A stretch of 64,000 nt of DNA. Origin: a virus. The position numbers and the translations under genes are program-made. The stretch spans positions 1 through 64,000 of the IMG/VR virus record IMGVR_UViG_3300034101_003783. One strand, written 5' to 3'. Below, one piece after another: positions 39,871-50,320 of this stretch; within the stretch, counting starts at the first letter, position 1; each line of letters opens with the position of its first letter. The notes beneath the pieces are model-generated. The model had not been told where the DNA came from and did no database searches. It was given only the letters and a program-made list of their open reading frames with translations.

Positions 39871-42800
39871 TATGAGTTTACGTTTACTATAATTAAATTA
39901 TCAAGAGCATCAAAATAGCTCAATCTATTATTACCTCCAGAATTCTCAAATAAAGTACAATTATATGAATTATATACATGTGTTGCAGGTGAAAAATCAG
40001 TACCCGTAATTTGAGTTTGTGTTATATTATATTGAAAGTTAGGACCAACAATATTTCCTTGGAAGTCATTAAAAATATTATTATTATTAAAATTACTAGC
40101 AATTTGATTTCCTACTATGTGGTCGCCAATTTGATTATCGAAAATATTTGATCCCCATATATTACCAGACACAAAAGGTTGTCCACAAAAATTACCTATT
40201 GTATTGTGTTGGAAATCATTACCTATATTATTACCATAAAAAGAATCATTTGTATGATTAGATGAAAAGTTTGTTCCTACTTCATTAATCCAAGAAAAAT
40301 ACCCAATTCTGTTATCTGTTGCAAAATCAGCAAAAGTATTTAAATTAAAAAAGTACCCAATTTCATTATCAGCAAAATAAGAACCTAAAGTATTTTCATA
40401 AAATATATCAGCAATACGATTAAAATTAAAACCATCTGTGATAGTATTTCTACTACATCCATAACCTATAACATTATTAAAATATCCTAAATCTGATGTA
40501 TTAACTGTTACATTATATGTAAATGACTCACCTATCACATTTTCCGCAAAATTATTTCTTATTATGTTACCACCATCACCGTTATCTACCAAATCAAAAC
40601 CAAAATAATTACCAATAGTGTTTCCTGAAAATTTATCTAAGATAATATTTGATATTCCAGTTGTTTTATAACTACCAAAATTATTTCTAATAAAGTTATT
40701 TTGGAAATATGTACCTATTTGATTATTAATAAAAGTATTACCTATTAAATTATTTTGGGTGAAACCGCTAGCCAATGGCTCAATTGTGTATCCTGTTATA
40801 ACTGCGGATGACCCACTCAAATTATCTATTGTGTCGCCAACAGTTAAATCACCTATAATCAAATTTATTATCATTTCATCAACCCCATTATCACTAACTA
40901 CTTCAGCACTTCCACCAAAACCATCCTCAATTGTTTCACCAATATTAAATGTATTTATATCTGTTATGGTGATAGTCGCATCATTACCTCCTGTCGTTAT
41001 TGTAATAATGTCACCAACAGAATAGTATGTTCCGGCATTACTTATTGTTACACTAATTATAACACCAAAACCATCTGTTGTAATATCAACAGTAAGACCT
41101 ACTCCTGTTCCTCCGTATGTTGTTGGTACTCCTGTGGAATTTGAGTAACCTGATCCACCATTATTTAAGTTTATTGTTGTTGGAATTCCTTTTAATGTCG
41201 AATACCCTACTGTTGTTACAACCCCTATTAAGTTTGCTCCTGTATCAGTTAAACCATCATTTCCAAAATAATTACCAATATGGTTATTTTGGAAAAATCC
41301 ACCAATTATTTGTTTTTCGTTTGTACACCCAAAATAATCCCCAATATCATTTCCTTGAAAATTTGGCCCTACTGTGTTATTAACAAAATAATTTTTTATA
41401 TTATTAAAAATAAAATTGTCATCTATAACATTTTTGTTAAAACCATTACCTATATTGTTATTATATGTATTATTTGATATTTCATTGTCTTGAAAAAAAT
41501 CTCCTATTGTGTTACCTAAAGGTATAACCGAATCAGTCCCAAAGTTATTTCCAATAGTATTAGATTTAAAATTATTACCTATTCTATTATATGAAAAATC
41601 AGAACCATTATCACCTTTTTGTGCATATATTGAATTCCAGGTTGTACCTGAAGGACTTAATAGTGAATTAAAACTACCCTCAACGGCTGAATTATAAATA
41701 CCACCCCCAATATTAGATCTTGTTATTTCTAAAAATCCAGGTATAATAACATCTATTTCAGAACCAAAATCTGTTTTAGTAAATAATAATTTGTTACCTA
41801 TAGGTGTTCCTACAGAATCATATTCTTGTCTTTCGTATTGGAATCCTCCATTATTTATTGACCATTGTTTAAAAATAATTGAAAAGTATCTGTCTGGTAT
41901 GGTATTAACTTTCATTATTAGTTCTTTACCAACTATTAAATCATCTATCGAACCATCTAATGAATCATTAAAGGTTACATAATTTCTATTTGATATAGTA
42001 TTAAAATCACTAAAACCAAAAAAATAATTATTAATAGGAGAGTTTCCAAAAAACCCATCATTAATGACGTTACTACTAAAATTATAACTAAATAAATTTT
42101 TAGTGGCGTTATTTCCAATACTGTTGGAGACAAATCCATCACCTATCGTATTACTAGAAAACTTATTTTTTATTACATTTTCTTTAAACGAATCATCAAT
42201 TATATTTGCAAAAAATCCCTGACCAATGTCATTCCCTTCAAAGACACCATAAATTATATTTTTTGTAAAATCATCATAGATATTATTATTATTAAAATTT
42301 GAAAATAGTCTAATGTTATCAAAATTATCTTTTATTGTGTTAGATGAAAATACAAAATTATTTTTGTTAAAGGCATCCCCTATAATATTGTTAGTAAAAT
42401 AATTACCTATTTGATTATCTGAAAATTGGTTATATATGATATTATTAATAAAATTATTACCTATTTGATTATCTGAAAACGAGGTTGAGTTTTCACCTAA
42501 AAATCTATTCGATTCAAATACATCACCAATAATATTATTGGAAAGATTACAATTTATTATATTATTATTAAAATAATAACCAAAAACACACTCATCGATA
42601 TCATTTGTTGAGACGTTTTCAAAACAATAATCCCCCCAAACGTTATTTTCATTGTCGGTACCAAAAGTATTATTGTAACTATTGTTACCTATTTTATTAT
42701 TATTGTATTCACCCTCTAAAAATAAATTATTTGATAGTAAAAAAATACCTGACCCAATATTTTGATAATTATTAGCATAATCACCAACGTAATTATTAAT

Positions 42801-43670
42801 GGCATAACTATTAAGGATTGCATCACCAAAAGTAGTTTTTTCGTAAAAATCATTAGTTTTAACATTTGTTTGTTTATAACTAAAATAACCATTAGTACCA
42901 TTTGTTTCTTCTATACCTAAATAAAAAGATAAATTGTTACCTGTTGTTATGGTGTCACCAGTTATTGTCATAGAGGTATCATTACTTATATTAACAACCT
43001 CAAAAAAACTAGGATTTATTCCATCAACATATATTACATCACCTAAACTTAAATCTGTAAATTTTGTATTTGTACCTGTAACAACACCACCTAATGCAAT
43101 GTCAATTAAACCATTTAATGGTAAATCAAATCTATAGGTATATAATTTGTATCTCTTAAATAATATGTTTTTATGGTCATAGTCTGTTCTATTATTAAAC
43201 TCATCAATTCTTTCTGTAATTCTCCCAAAAGCAACACCGTTTGTTACTTCAGTTGTAGAAAAAGTCCAATCATATCTTATTCTGTCAAAGGGGTGTGATG
43301 ATTGATAAGCAACTTCACTTATTGTATTAATGCTTGTTGCTAAAACCATAATAGGTTCTACCGGTCCTTGTTTGTAATTTCCTGTTGTTATTGGGTTATT
43401 GTTTACATCAAAATTAGGTTGATCATAACAAGTTCTAAAATTTACAATGTTATAGAAGGCACCAGGTATTAAACTATTATTTGTAATTAAATTTACAAAT
43501 GATGCGTATGTAATAGGGGTCGCACTTAAAACCCAACTTTGGAAATCTATTATTGGTGTGTGTTTTGTGGTTCCTGTTTGTACATCATAATTAACTATTG
43601 GCATAATGTCTGCCGATGTGTACCCTGTATTTCCTACATATGGTAATTGTGATATTCTTTTATTTGCCAT
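39870..43670 (-). CDS. Tail fibre/spike-like protein with long Asn-rich beta-helix repeats
   Basis: 1266 aa; N-terminal KRISQLP; dozens of ~10-aa N.IG..F.. repeats. Confidence 0.75.
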   Translation of the reverse strand: MANKRISQLPYVGNTGYTSADIMPIVNYDVQTGTTKHTPIIDFQSWVLSATPITYASFVNLITNNSLIPGAFYNIVNFRTCYDQPNFDVNNNPITTGNYKQGPVEPIMVLATSINTISEVAYQSSHPFDRIRYDWTFSTTEVTNGVAFGRITERIDEFNNRTDYDHKNILFKRYKLYTYRFDLPLNGLIDIALGGVVTGTNTKFTDLSLGDVIYVDGINPSFFEVVNISNDTSMTITGDTITTGNNLSFYLGIEETNGTNGYFSYKQTNVKTNDFYEKTTFGDAILNSYAINNYVGDYANNYQNIGSGIFLLSNNLFLEGEYNNNKIGNNSYNNTFGTDNENNVWGDYCFENVSTNDIDECVFGYYFNNNIINCNLSNNIIGDVFESNRFLGENSTSFSDNQIGNNFINNIIYNQFSDNQIGNYFTNNIIGDAFNKNNFVFSSNTIKDNFDNIRLFSNFNNNNIYDDFTKNIIYGVFEGNDIGQGFFANIIDDSFKENVIKNKFSSNTIGDGFVSNSIGNNATKNLFSYNFSSNVINDGFFGNSPINNYFFGFSDFNTISNRNYVTFNDSLDGSIDDLIVGKELIMKVNTIPDRYFSIIFKQWSINNGGFQYERQEYDSVGTPIGNKLLFTKTDFGSEIDVIIPGFLEITRSNIGGGIYNSAVEGSFNSLLSPSGTTWNSIYAQKGDNGSDFSYNRIGNNFKSNTIGNNFGTDSVIPLGNTIGDFFQDNEISNNTYNNNIGNGFNKNVIDDNFIFNNIKNYFVNNTVGPNFQGNDIGDYFGCTNEKQIIGGFFQNNHIGNYFGNDGLTDTGANLIGVVTTVGYSTLKGIPTTINLNNGGSGYSNSTGVPTTYGGTGVGLTVDITTDGFGVIISVTISNAGTYYSVGDIITITTGGNDATITITDINTFNIGETIEDGFGGSAEVVSDNGVDEMIINLIIGDLTVGDTIDNLSGSSAVITGYTIEPLASGFTQNNLIGNTFINNQIGTYFQNNFIRNNFGSYKTTGISNIILDKFSGNTIGNYFGFDLVDNGDGGNIIRNNFAENVIGESFTYNVTVNTSDLGYFNNVIGYGCSRNTITDGFNFNRIADIFYENTLGSYFADNEIGYFFNLNTFADFATDNRIGYFSWINEVGTNFSSNHTNDSFYGNNIGNDFQHNTIGNFCGQPFVSGNIWGSNIFDNQIGDHIVGNQIASNFNNNNIFNDFQGNIVGPNFQYNITQTQITGTDFSPATHVYNSYNCTLFENSGGNNRLSYFDALDNLIIVNVNS

Positions 43671-43688
43671 TTTTTTATTTTATAAATA

Positions 43689-44156
43689 TTAGATTATTAA
43701 TAATGTTGTCGTTGTTGTAACAGGTAATGGTGGTTTAGGCCCTACACAACAAGGAAATTCAGAAACGTAACAACTATCGTATGGTAAGTCATCCGCAATA
43801 AAACTTTCTTGTATATTTATATATAATTTATCTCTTATTGGTAATATTAAAACCCCATCACTATTTCTTAAAAGGAATTGACCTTCATACCTACCAACCT
43901 TTCTTGTGTCTTTATTTGTAAATTGATAATAAATATAATATTCAGGATCTGAGTTTGGGTCTATCATTGTTTTAGAAACAAAACCGGCAGGTCTTGTTAT
44001 TATTTTAGGTATACCAGTTTCAATGTCTACCATAGAAAAAAATATTGCAGAATTTTCTATCAATTCCATCATTCTATTATAATCACTACGACCATCTTTT
44101 ACAACCTGCATTTTAAGTAAGGGTAGTGTGGCGTTTTTTTTAATAAAAAATTCCAT
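43689..44156 (-). CDS. BppU-like baseplate/fibre adaptor domain protein with a Cys/Pro/Thr tail
   Basis: FFIKKNATLP.L, YQFT..DT...GRYEGQF; C-terminus PCCVGPKPPLPVTTTTTLLII. Confidence 0.6.
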   Translation of the reverse strand: MEFFIKKNATLPLLKMQVVKDGRSDYNRMMELIENSAIFFSMVDIETGIPKIITRPAGFVSKTMIDPNSDPEYYIYYQFTNKDTRKVGRYEGQFLLRNSDGVLILPIRDKLYINIQESFIADDLPYDSCYVSEFPCCVGPKPPLPVTTTTTLLII

Positions 44157-44184
44157 TAATCTTTTTTATTAATAAATATAACAA

Positions 44185-45855
44185 CTAACATTCTTTTCTT
44201 AATTGGCCATCATAAAAATCAAATCTATTATGTTCAGTTGGGGTTAGGAGTAAAACGGAAGGATTAATATTACCTTTTATTGTTTCTTGATAACAATGGC
44301 TCATTAATGTTTGTTCATAGGGGTTTTGGAATCTTGTTTTTAAATAACATTTATAGTTTCCTTCTTTTGTCATTAGAATTGGCCAATTTGAAAGATATAT
44401 TTCCCCGCTAGCATATGGTACTCCTTTGTGTGACTTTATGTGTTTAAACTCTAAATTAGGAGAGTTTGGGTCTAAACCTTGTTTTGGTAATGTTTTATTA
44501 TTAACCCAATGTATTTCTCTGAAACTTTGTGGTACATTATACCATGACCATTGTTTATCATGACTACCAAAAAATTCCGTAAAATTTAATTTCAAAAAAT
44601 CAAAATTTTCTTTTTTAATAATTTCTTGTGTTATATTAAATAAATTTTTTACATAACGATTAAATCCATTTTTACATAAACTAGATTCTTTATTATAGAA
44701 AGCCATATCATCCTCAAAAAAATAATAAGTAGATAAATCATTTTGTTCATTAAAATGTTCCGCAATAAATTGTCTACCACCAGTAATACCAATATTATTT
44801 TTTTTGATGTGGCTAAATCCGTACATATCACAAATCCTTAAGTATTCTTCTGTTGTTGTTAAATCTGTGGAATTATTTAATAAAAATTTTTTAGTTTTTT
44901 TTATAAACGAAGGATCATAATCCATCATAGACTCAACCAAAACCTCAAACTGTTTTGGGGAATTAAATGTAATAACGTATAAACCAACACCATTATTATC
45001 TATAGTTTGATCTATTTTTTGTCTTTTATTTTCAAATAAAACAATGTTATTTTTTATGTCCTCAAAAAATTTATATAGTAGTCCGTTTGAATCAATTTTT
45101 ACATGATCAATTAAATTAGAATATTTGTATGTTAGAATTGTAAATAAACTTTCTTCAGTTCCCATGTAACCTGATGACAAAGTATCGTACATTAATTGAT
45201 AATACAAACCATTTAATTGTGATATAGTTTCTCTTGTTCCACCAAAAAATCCACCCCTTGCCACCATATTTGGTTTTTTACCAATGTATTCAGACATAGG
45301 TCCTATTGAAAACCCATGTATCTCTGTGTTTGTTTCGTATGGAAAACAAATAAATGTAAATTTATTAAAAGTATTGTTTATTTTTTCTAAAACTTTGTCA
45401 TGGGTGAAATACCCAACATTCACCGTGTTTGTAATTCCCGCATCAACCCAATATAATTTTTCTGAATTAAATGGGTCAAGTAACATGGCATCATGTAGTA
45501 AAAACATTTTAGACATAACAAGTGGGTTATACATATCTAACTTACCTTGTGTTGAATCTTTTAACCAACCTACTTGGTTATACCATTCTGGATTATTTCT
45601 TATATTTTGTATTTTATTATAAAAGTCATTATTTTTAAACCAACTTAAATCTCTTAATATAAATCTTGTTTTGTTTTGATCTCTACCTTGAGATATAACA
45701 AATTTTTGAAGTTCAGGGTCCCCAAAAATTATCATGTTACAATCAATTTTTAATGTTTCTTTAAATCTTTCTAAATAGAAATCGAAATTTCTTGACCAAC
45801 CTTCGGTCATATTACCTCTACCTATATCCCACAAACCTGTAACTAATGTTATCAT
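44185..45855 (-). CDS. Two-domain glycosyltransferase: HtrL/YibB-like N-terminus + GT-A-like C-terminus
   Basis: ITLVTGLWDIGR, YN....SK, YWVDAG, GGFFGG, TEE; second domain NIGITGGRQ, FFEDD. Confidence 0.75.
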   Translation of the reverse strand: MITLVTGLWDIGRGNMTEGWSRNFDFYLERFKETLKIDCNMIIFGDPELQKFVISQGRDQNKTRFILRDLSWFKNNDFYNKIQNIRNNPEWYNQVGWLKDSTQGKLDMYNPLVMSKMFLLHDAMLLDPFNSEKLYWVDAGITNTVNVGYFTHDKVLEKINNTFNKFTFICFPYETNTEIHGFSIGPMSEYIGKKPNMVARGGFFGGTRETISQLNGLYYQLMYDTLSSGYMGTEESLFTILTYKYSNLIDHVKIDSNGLLYKFFEDIKNNIVLFENKRQKIDQTIDNNGVGLYVITFNSPKQFEVLVESMMDYDPSFIKKTKKFLLNNSTDLTTTEEYLRICDMYGFSHIKKNNIGITGGRQFIAEHFNEQNDLSTYYFFEDDMAFYNKESSLCKNGFNRYVKNLFNITQEIIKKENFDFLKLNFTEFFGSHDKQWSWYNVPQSFREIHWVNNKTLPKQGLDPNSPNLEFKHIKSHKGVPYASGEIYLSNWPILMTKEGNYKCYLKTRFQNPYEQTLMSHCYQETIKGNINPSVLLLTPTEHNRFDFYDGQLRKEC

Positions 45856-45863
45856 TTTGTTTT

Positions 45864-46544
45864 TTATTCTTTATTAAGTTTATCATATATAAAATTATGG
45901 TAGTTACCCTGTATCCAAACATCGTAATTAACAGGACCATTAGGTTGTAAAGTTGATACAAACCCAACGGCATGATTTATCATTAAAGGTATTGTAGTTA
46001 GAACTTTAAACCCCTTTGAAGATAATAAACATAGATGGTCATCTATTGCAATATAATCTTTTTTGTAATTAATATTATCAATTAAATGTTCATAAGCTCT
46101 TTTTTTTATTAGATAGGCCCATGAACCAGTACTTTTAGTTACCGAATATAGATTGTCCGTCACATATTTTAAATCTTCCTTTGGGTTACACCCAAGCAAT
46201 ACAACATCCCACTCAACAGATTTTAAATCTAAAACAACTTTTTTTAATACTTCCGTAAATTCTTTTTTTTCTTTTGGGTAATAACAAATATCCTCAATAT
46301 TAAAATCATCTTCCCCCACAAAAATTATTTCTAAATTTTCTTTTTTTGCAATCTTAAATAATTCTAAATGACTTTTAGTACAAGAATAAACTTTTAAATC
46401 ATCTGTTTGGGCAGGAAACCTAAATAAGTTTTTTATCTCATATTTAGAAATCAAACTATTAACATGGATTAACCTATCTACACTACTATCAAGATTTATA
46501 AAAAAACCCTTGTTGGCTAAAACCTCATTTAAAATACTAAACAT
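45864..46544 (-). CDS. Glycosyltransferase family 25-like
   Basis: FINLD...DR, SCTKSH, EDD, S.AYLI, IDD. Confidence 0.8.
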   Translation of the reverse strand: MFSILNEVLANKGFFINLDSSVDRLIHVNSLISKYEIKNLFRFPAQTDDLKVYSCTKSHLELFKIAKKENLEIIFVGEDDFNIEDICYYPKEKKEFTEVLKKVVLDLKSVEWDVVLLGCNPKEDLKYVTDNLYSVTKSTGSWAYLIKKRAYEHLIDNINYKKDYIAIDDHLCLLSSKGFKVLTTIPLMINHAVGFVSTLQPNGPVNYDVWIQGNYHNFIYDKLNKE

Positions 46545-46547
46545 TTT

Positions 46548-47795
46548 TTATAAATTACCCGTTATTCTATTACACCACCCTTTTGATTTAGAGTAAGGCC
46601 AAACAACCCAATACTTTGGTTTTTCTGTTGTATTAAATTCTCTCCATACTTTACAGTATCCATCAGGATCCTTTTTCATTCTAAGGATTTCATTAGTGTC
46701 CGCATCTTGTCTGTGAAGAGTCTCATCCTTACTATTATGAAATGCAACAACCCAAAACTCATAATCATTTTCTGGAACATCGTTAAACGAAACATCAATA
46801 CAATGTTTAAAGATCATTGAAAAACTATTAATCCATTCTTCCTCGTTCTTATATTCATATGGGTTTGGTGGATATTTCTTATCTATTGTATATTGTTGTA
46901 CTGCTCTTTTAGAGAATAAAATACCCGAATATTTTTCATAGTCTTTAATCGTTCTTTCAGACCCCATACCATAAATCCCAATATCCTCATTTAAAGTTTC
47001 ACCGTCAACACCTAAAAGTTTTCTATTTTTAGAATGTGACGAATCATTTTTCTTATACCATTCTTTATCATCATCCCATTGTTTTGTTCTACCTTTTCTT
47101 GTGTATTCATGCCAAATTACAACTTTGTGTGGGTGAAATAAATCATACCCATGGGTATAAGACCTTACCGCAATTGATATTTCTTCTCCATGAAAATAAT
47201 ATTCAGGGTCATGTTGTACTTCTTTTGTAAATTCACCTAATGTAAAACAAAAATGAGCCGAGTAGAATCTTGCAGGAATAGGACCCGTTAAGTCTTTCCA
47301 ATTAGGAATCACTTCGGGTAAAAAGAAAACACAACCTTCAGGTGTAAATCTATCAAACGCCATTCTCCATGGTTCAGTTACTCTACCTTGTGGGTCGTTA
47401 TCAGGATCAAAAGACGAAACATATCCGGTTAATAAAGGTTTTTTATAACCCTTATTCTGTAAATCTGTAATCATACTAATAAGAGTAGAATCCCAACCCT
47501 TCTCAAACCTCATATGAGAATCTATTTGTAATGTGTACTCCTCATTGTCGTATTGTTGTTGTGTAAGATTTCTTGCCCAACAAACTCCTTTTGATTCTAC
47601 GTACGGAATATTTAAAATTTTAAATCTCTTATCATTATCAAACTCAGAAAGATCATCAAATTTATCTTCTTCATTAAATTGTCTTGCAATTGAAAAAACT
47701 AAGTTCTCAGGGTTTTTTGCTTTATCTAAACAATCTTTGATTGTTGGTACTAATTGTGGATCTCTGTAAGACGCAATCTGTATAAAAATTTTCAT
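46548..47795 (-). CDS. GT60-like polypeptide N-acetylhexosaminyltransferase (Pfam 'GlcNAc' type)
   Basis: IFIQIASYRD, G..WAR, LQIDSHMRF (DxH), F.GEE.....R.YTHGYDL.HP, H.Y.R, G.G.ERT..DYE. Confidence 0.85.
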   Translation of the reverse strand: MKIFIQIASYRDPQLVPTIKDCLDKAKNPENLVFSIARQFNEEDKFDDLSEFDNDKRFKILNIPYVESKGVCWARNLTQQQYDNEEYTLQIDSHMRFEKGWDSTLISMITDLQNKGYKKPLLTGYVSSFDPDNDPQGRVTEPWRMAFDRFTPEGCVFFLPEVIPNWKDLTGPIPARFYSAHFCFTLGEFTKEVQHDPEYYFHGEEISIAVRSYTHGYDLFHPHKVVIWHEYTRKGRTKQWDDDKEWYKKNDSSHSKNRKLLGVDGETLNEDIGIYGMGSERTIKDYEKYSGILFSKRAVQQYTIDKKYPPNPYEYKNEEEWINSFSMIFKHCIDVSFNDVPENDYEFWVVAFHNSKDETLHRQDADTNEILRMKKDPDGYCKVWREFNTTEKPKYWVVWPYSKSKGWCNRITGNL

Positions 47796-47843
47796 TTACT
47801 TTTTTTGTAAAAAATAATAAACAAATAAAATAAAATAAATAAT

Positions 47844-48314
47844 TTAAAGACAAAGATTAGAAACACAAGGAGGTCCTGTTACAATATTAACGTTAACTAA
47901 ATTTGTAACGTTTGAAGCACAAAAATATGTTGGCAATATGTGACCTATTGGTACTAATGTATTAATATTACCAAAACAATCTACAAAATCTAACGTTCCA
48001 CCTTCTATCGTTAATGCGATTGCCTCTATACAGTTACATTCCGTAGGTAAAGGGCTTGGGGTTGGTGTGGGTGTTGGTGTAGGGCTTGGTGTAATACATG
48101 TATATAACTCAAACCTATCACAACCTTCCCCATCTATTATTTTAACTAACAAAGATCCTGACGTATTTAATGGTGACGGAACAGTAAAAGTGTAAGACGG
48201 TGGACAAGAAGTAAGTCCCGTTATATAAACACATATTGTATTTGTTATGTCACAAACATAAACATCATAAGGAGATGTACCAGTAATAACGTTTATGGTT
48301 ATTTCATTTGACAT
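47844..48314 (-). CDS. Cys-rich virion protein with a Pro/Thr linker
   Basis: Ig-like N-terminal domain, [17 protein letters not shown], Cys-rich C-terminal domain. Confidence 0.7.
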   Translation of the reverse strand: MSNEITINVITGTSPYDVYVCDITNTICVYITGLTSCPPSYTFTVPSPLNTSGSLLVKIIDGEGCDRFELYTCITPSPTPTPTPTPSPLPTECNCIEAIALTIEGGTLDFVDCFGNINTLVPIGHILPTYFCASNVTNLVNVNIVTGPPCVSNLCL

Positions 48315-48644
48315 TTAATTATTATTGATTATTTGATTGTAAACTAATAAAATCCCCTCACCATAAGAAGGATACTGATTCATTTCATTTTTAGTTTTTA
48401 TAATTTCCACAGATTTTATTTCTCCGTCTAATAAATAAAATTTAACCGTTTCCCAATCACTAATATCTTCAGGATTTTTCACATAAGTTAAATCATTTAT
48501 CATACAAATAAAAAAATCATTTAATAACGTAATTAAATTATTTTGATCATCTAAAAAAAATGTTTCGTTCGGGACTGAGTAAGTGTTGATATTTTTATCA
48601 ACATTATACAACTCCATAAAAAAGTATTTTTGATTGTTTGCCAT
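48315..48644 (-). CDS. Hypothetical protein
   Basis: 109-aa ORF packed in the operon. Confidence 0.6.
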   Translation of the reverse strand: MANNQKYFFMELYNVDKNINTYSVPNETFFLDDQNNLITLLNDFFICMINDLTYVKNPEDISDWETVKFYLLDGEIKSVEIIKTKNEMNQYPSYGEGILLVYNQIINNN

Positions 48645-48648
48645 AATT

Positions 48649-49626
48649 TTAATTTTTTATTATTATTATATATAATTCTCCTTGTCTTGAGTTGCCCGAA
48701 ACCCCAGATACCGCCGCCCCTTGAGCCGCAGTACTTGTATTAACGTACCTAGCCCTAATATCAATTGTATGACTTCCTGCACTTAAATTTAATATAGAAC
48801 TTAATGACCATGTTGTATTAGTAAAGGCCACATTTATAGTGTTTGGGTTCATTGTGTTTATGTGATTAAATCCACCATCTGTTTGTAAAGATCCATCAAC
48901 AAAAATACCAATGTAAGATGTAAATGTATAATTAGACCCATTGGTGTTACCTATACCTCCTATTGAAGACACATAAACAGAACAATTACTAGGGACGGTA
49001 AAGGTTTGGGATAATCCTGGAACAACAAAATATGCTGTAGTTGCATTTGATAAAGGAAGAGATGCGTTACCATATAGTTTATATGTTGTCTGACCTAACC
49101 CAGCAACTAATTTACCTGATGAATCAAAAGATGCTGCTTGATTTGGTGTTCCTGTTGTATTACCTACATTTACTGTAGAAGAACTAAAAGTTGTTGCAAT
49201 TAGTCCTTGTGCGGACGTATTACCGGTTATATTTAAATTTCCATTAACGGTTAAACCTGTTACAGTATTAATTGTTTGAGTTAAATCGGGTTGACCATTA
49301 TTTTGTTTTATTGTGAAAACATTATCACTATATGTAAAACCTGTAACATATGTGTCAGGATCAATTGGTAAATTTTGATATGTTGTTGCCGATATGATAT
49401 TTGTATTTATACCGTTTGTAAAAGAAGTAGATCCGGTAACTGTTCCTCCGCTTAATGGTAAAAAATAGTTATAAGAATCTATTATGACATAATCTTTAAC
49501 ATCATCTATCTTTGTGTTACTTGTGGTTCCTGTCGGATTTAAATAGTTAACAAAAACTAATAAATCAATTGGTGTATAGCCGGTATTTCCGATATAAGGA
49601 AACTGTGATATTTTAACATCAGACAT
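48649..49626 (-). CDS. Short fibre/appendage protein
   Basis: KISQFP N-terminus, LPLSGGTVTG fibre motif, C-terminal beta-sandwich (L.AGSHTI..R). Confidence 0.7.
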   Translation of the reverse strand: MSDVKISQFPYIGNTGYTPIDLLVFVNYLNPTGTTSNTKIDDVKDYVIIDSYNYFLPLSGGTVTGSTSFTNGINTNIISATTYQNLPIDPDTYVTGFTYSDNVFTIKQNNGQPDLTQTINTVTGLTVNGNLNITGNTSAQGLIATTFSSSTVNVGNTTGTPNQAASFDSSGKLVAGLGQTTYKLYGNASLPLSNATTAYFVVPGLSQTFTVPSNCSVYVSSIGGIGNTNGSNYTFTSYIGIFVDGSLQTDGGFNHINTMNPNTINVAFTNTTWSLSSILNLSAGSHTIDIRARYVNTSTAAQGAAVSGVSGNSRQGELYIIIIKN

Positions 49627-49651
49627 TTTTTATTTTTTTATTATAAATAGT

Positions 49652-50320
49652 TTATTCTGCAATTATGTACTGACTTATTTCTGATAGAATTTTATTCCCA
49701 TCTTCACTAACAATATAAAATACGAATGCCGTTACTGTTGGTGTTGGTGTACTAGTAACTGTTGGTGTTGGGGTATTAGTTCCTGTCGGAGTAGGTTTTG
49801 GTGTATTAGTTCCTGTCGGAGTAGGTGTTGGTGTACATCCACAAGGGTTTGTACAAGTTTGAGTTGGTTTAGGTGGTTTAACTGTTGGTGTTGGTGTTGG
49901 GTTATTACAACCACAAGGGTTTGTACAAGTCTCACTTGGTGTTGGTGTTATTGTTGGAGTAACGCTTATTGTTGGAGTAACTGTAGGTGTTGGTGTTGGT
50001 ACTTTACATGGATCCAAAGTTGTTGTAGGAGTATTAGTTGGTGTTGGGGTTGGTGTTTGAGTTCTTGTTGGAGTATTAGTTGGTGTTGGGGTTGGTGTAG
50101 ATCTAGGGACATTAATTATGTTCACACATTTACTACCATTTACTAAAATTGTATATGTTCCGTAAATTTCTCTTGGTGGGTTTAATTCGTTAGGAAAAAA
50201 TACAAAAGGTAATATAACTTGACCTAAATTTATTGTTATTAAATCATTATCCGGTTTAAAAAGTACTGTTACACTTTCTCCACTAAAATTTATACTTTCT
50301 ATTGTAATACTTAAACTCAT
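49652..50320 (-). CDS. Mucin-like Pro/Thr-rich virion protein
   Basis: About 125 aa of PT repeats with CTNPCGC x2; C-terminal IVSEDG..ILSE motif. Confidence 0.75.
   Translation of the reverse strand: MSLSITIESINFSGESVTVLFKPDNDLITINLGQVILPFVFFPNELNPPREIYGTYTILVNGSKCVNIINVPRSTPTPTPTNTPTRTQTPTPTPTNTPTTTLDPCKVPTPTPTVTPTISVTPTITPTPSETCTNPCGCNNPTPTPTVKPPKPTQTCTNPCGCTPTPTPTGTNTPKPTPTGTNTPTPTVTSTPTPTVTAFVFYIVSEDGNKILSEISQYIIAE
49730..50100 (-). repeat. Coding Pro-Thr microrepeats with 30-bp and 42-bp duplications
   Basis: gtattagttcctgtcggagtaggt x2; ggagtattagttggtgttggggttggtgt x2; ccacaagggtttgtacaagt x2. Confidence 0.85.

Noticed and set aside
39870-43670. Asn (AAY)-rich fibre as a possible diversity-generating retroelement target
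   Set aside because: No reverse transcriptase and no template/variable repeat pair differing at adenines in this window; Asn richness is explained by the beta-helix ladder
49730-50100. Repeats resembling a CRISPR array or origin iterons
   Set aside because: In-frame Pro/Thr codon repeats inside a CDS; no constant repeat with unique spacers and no cas genes
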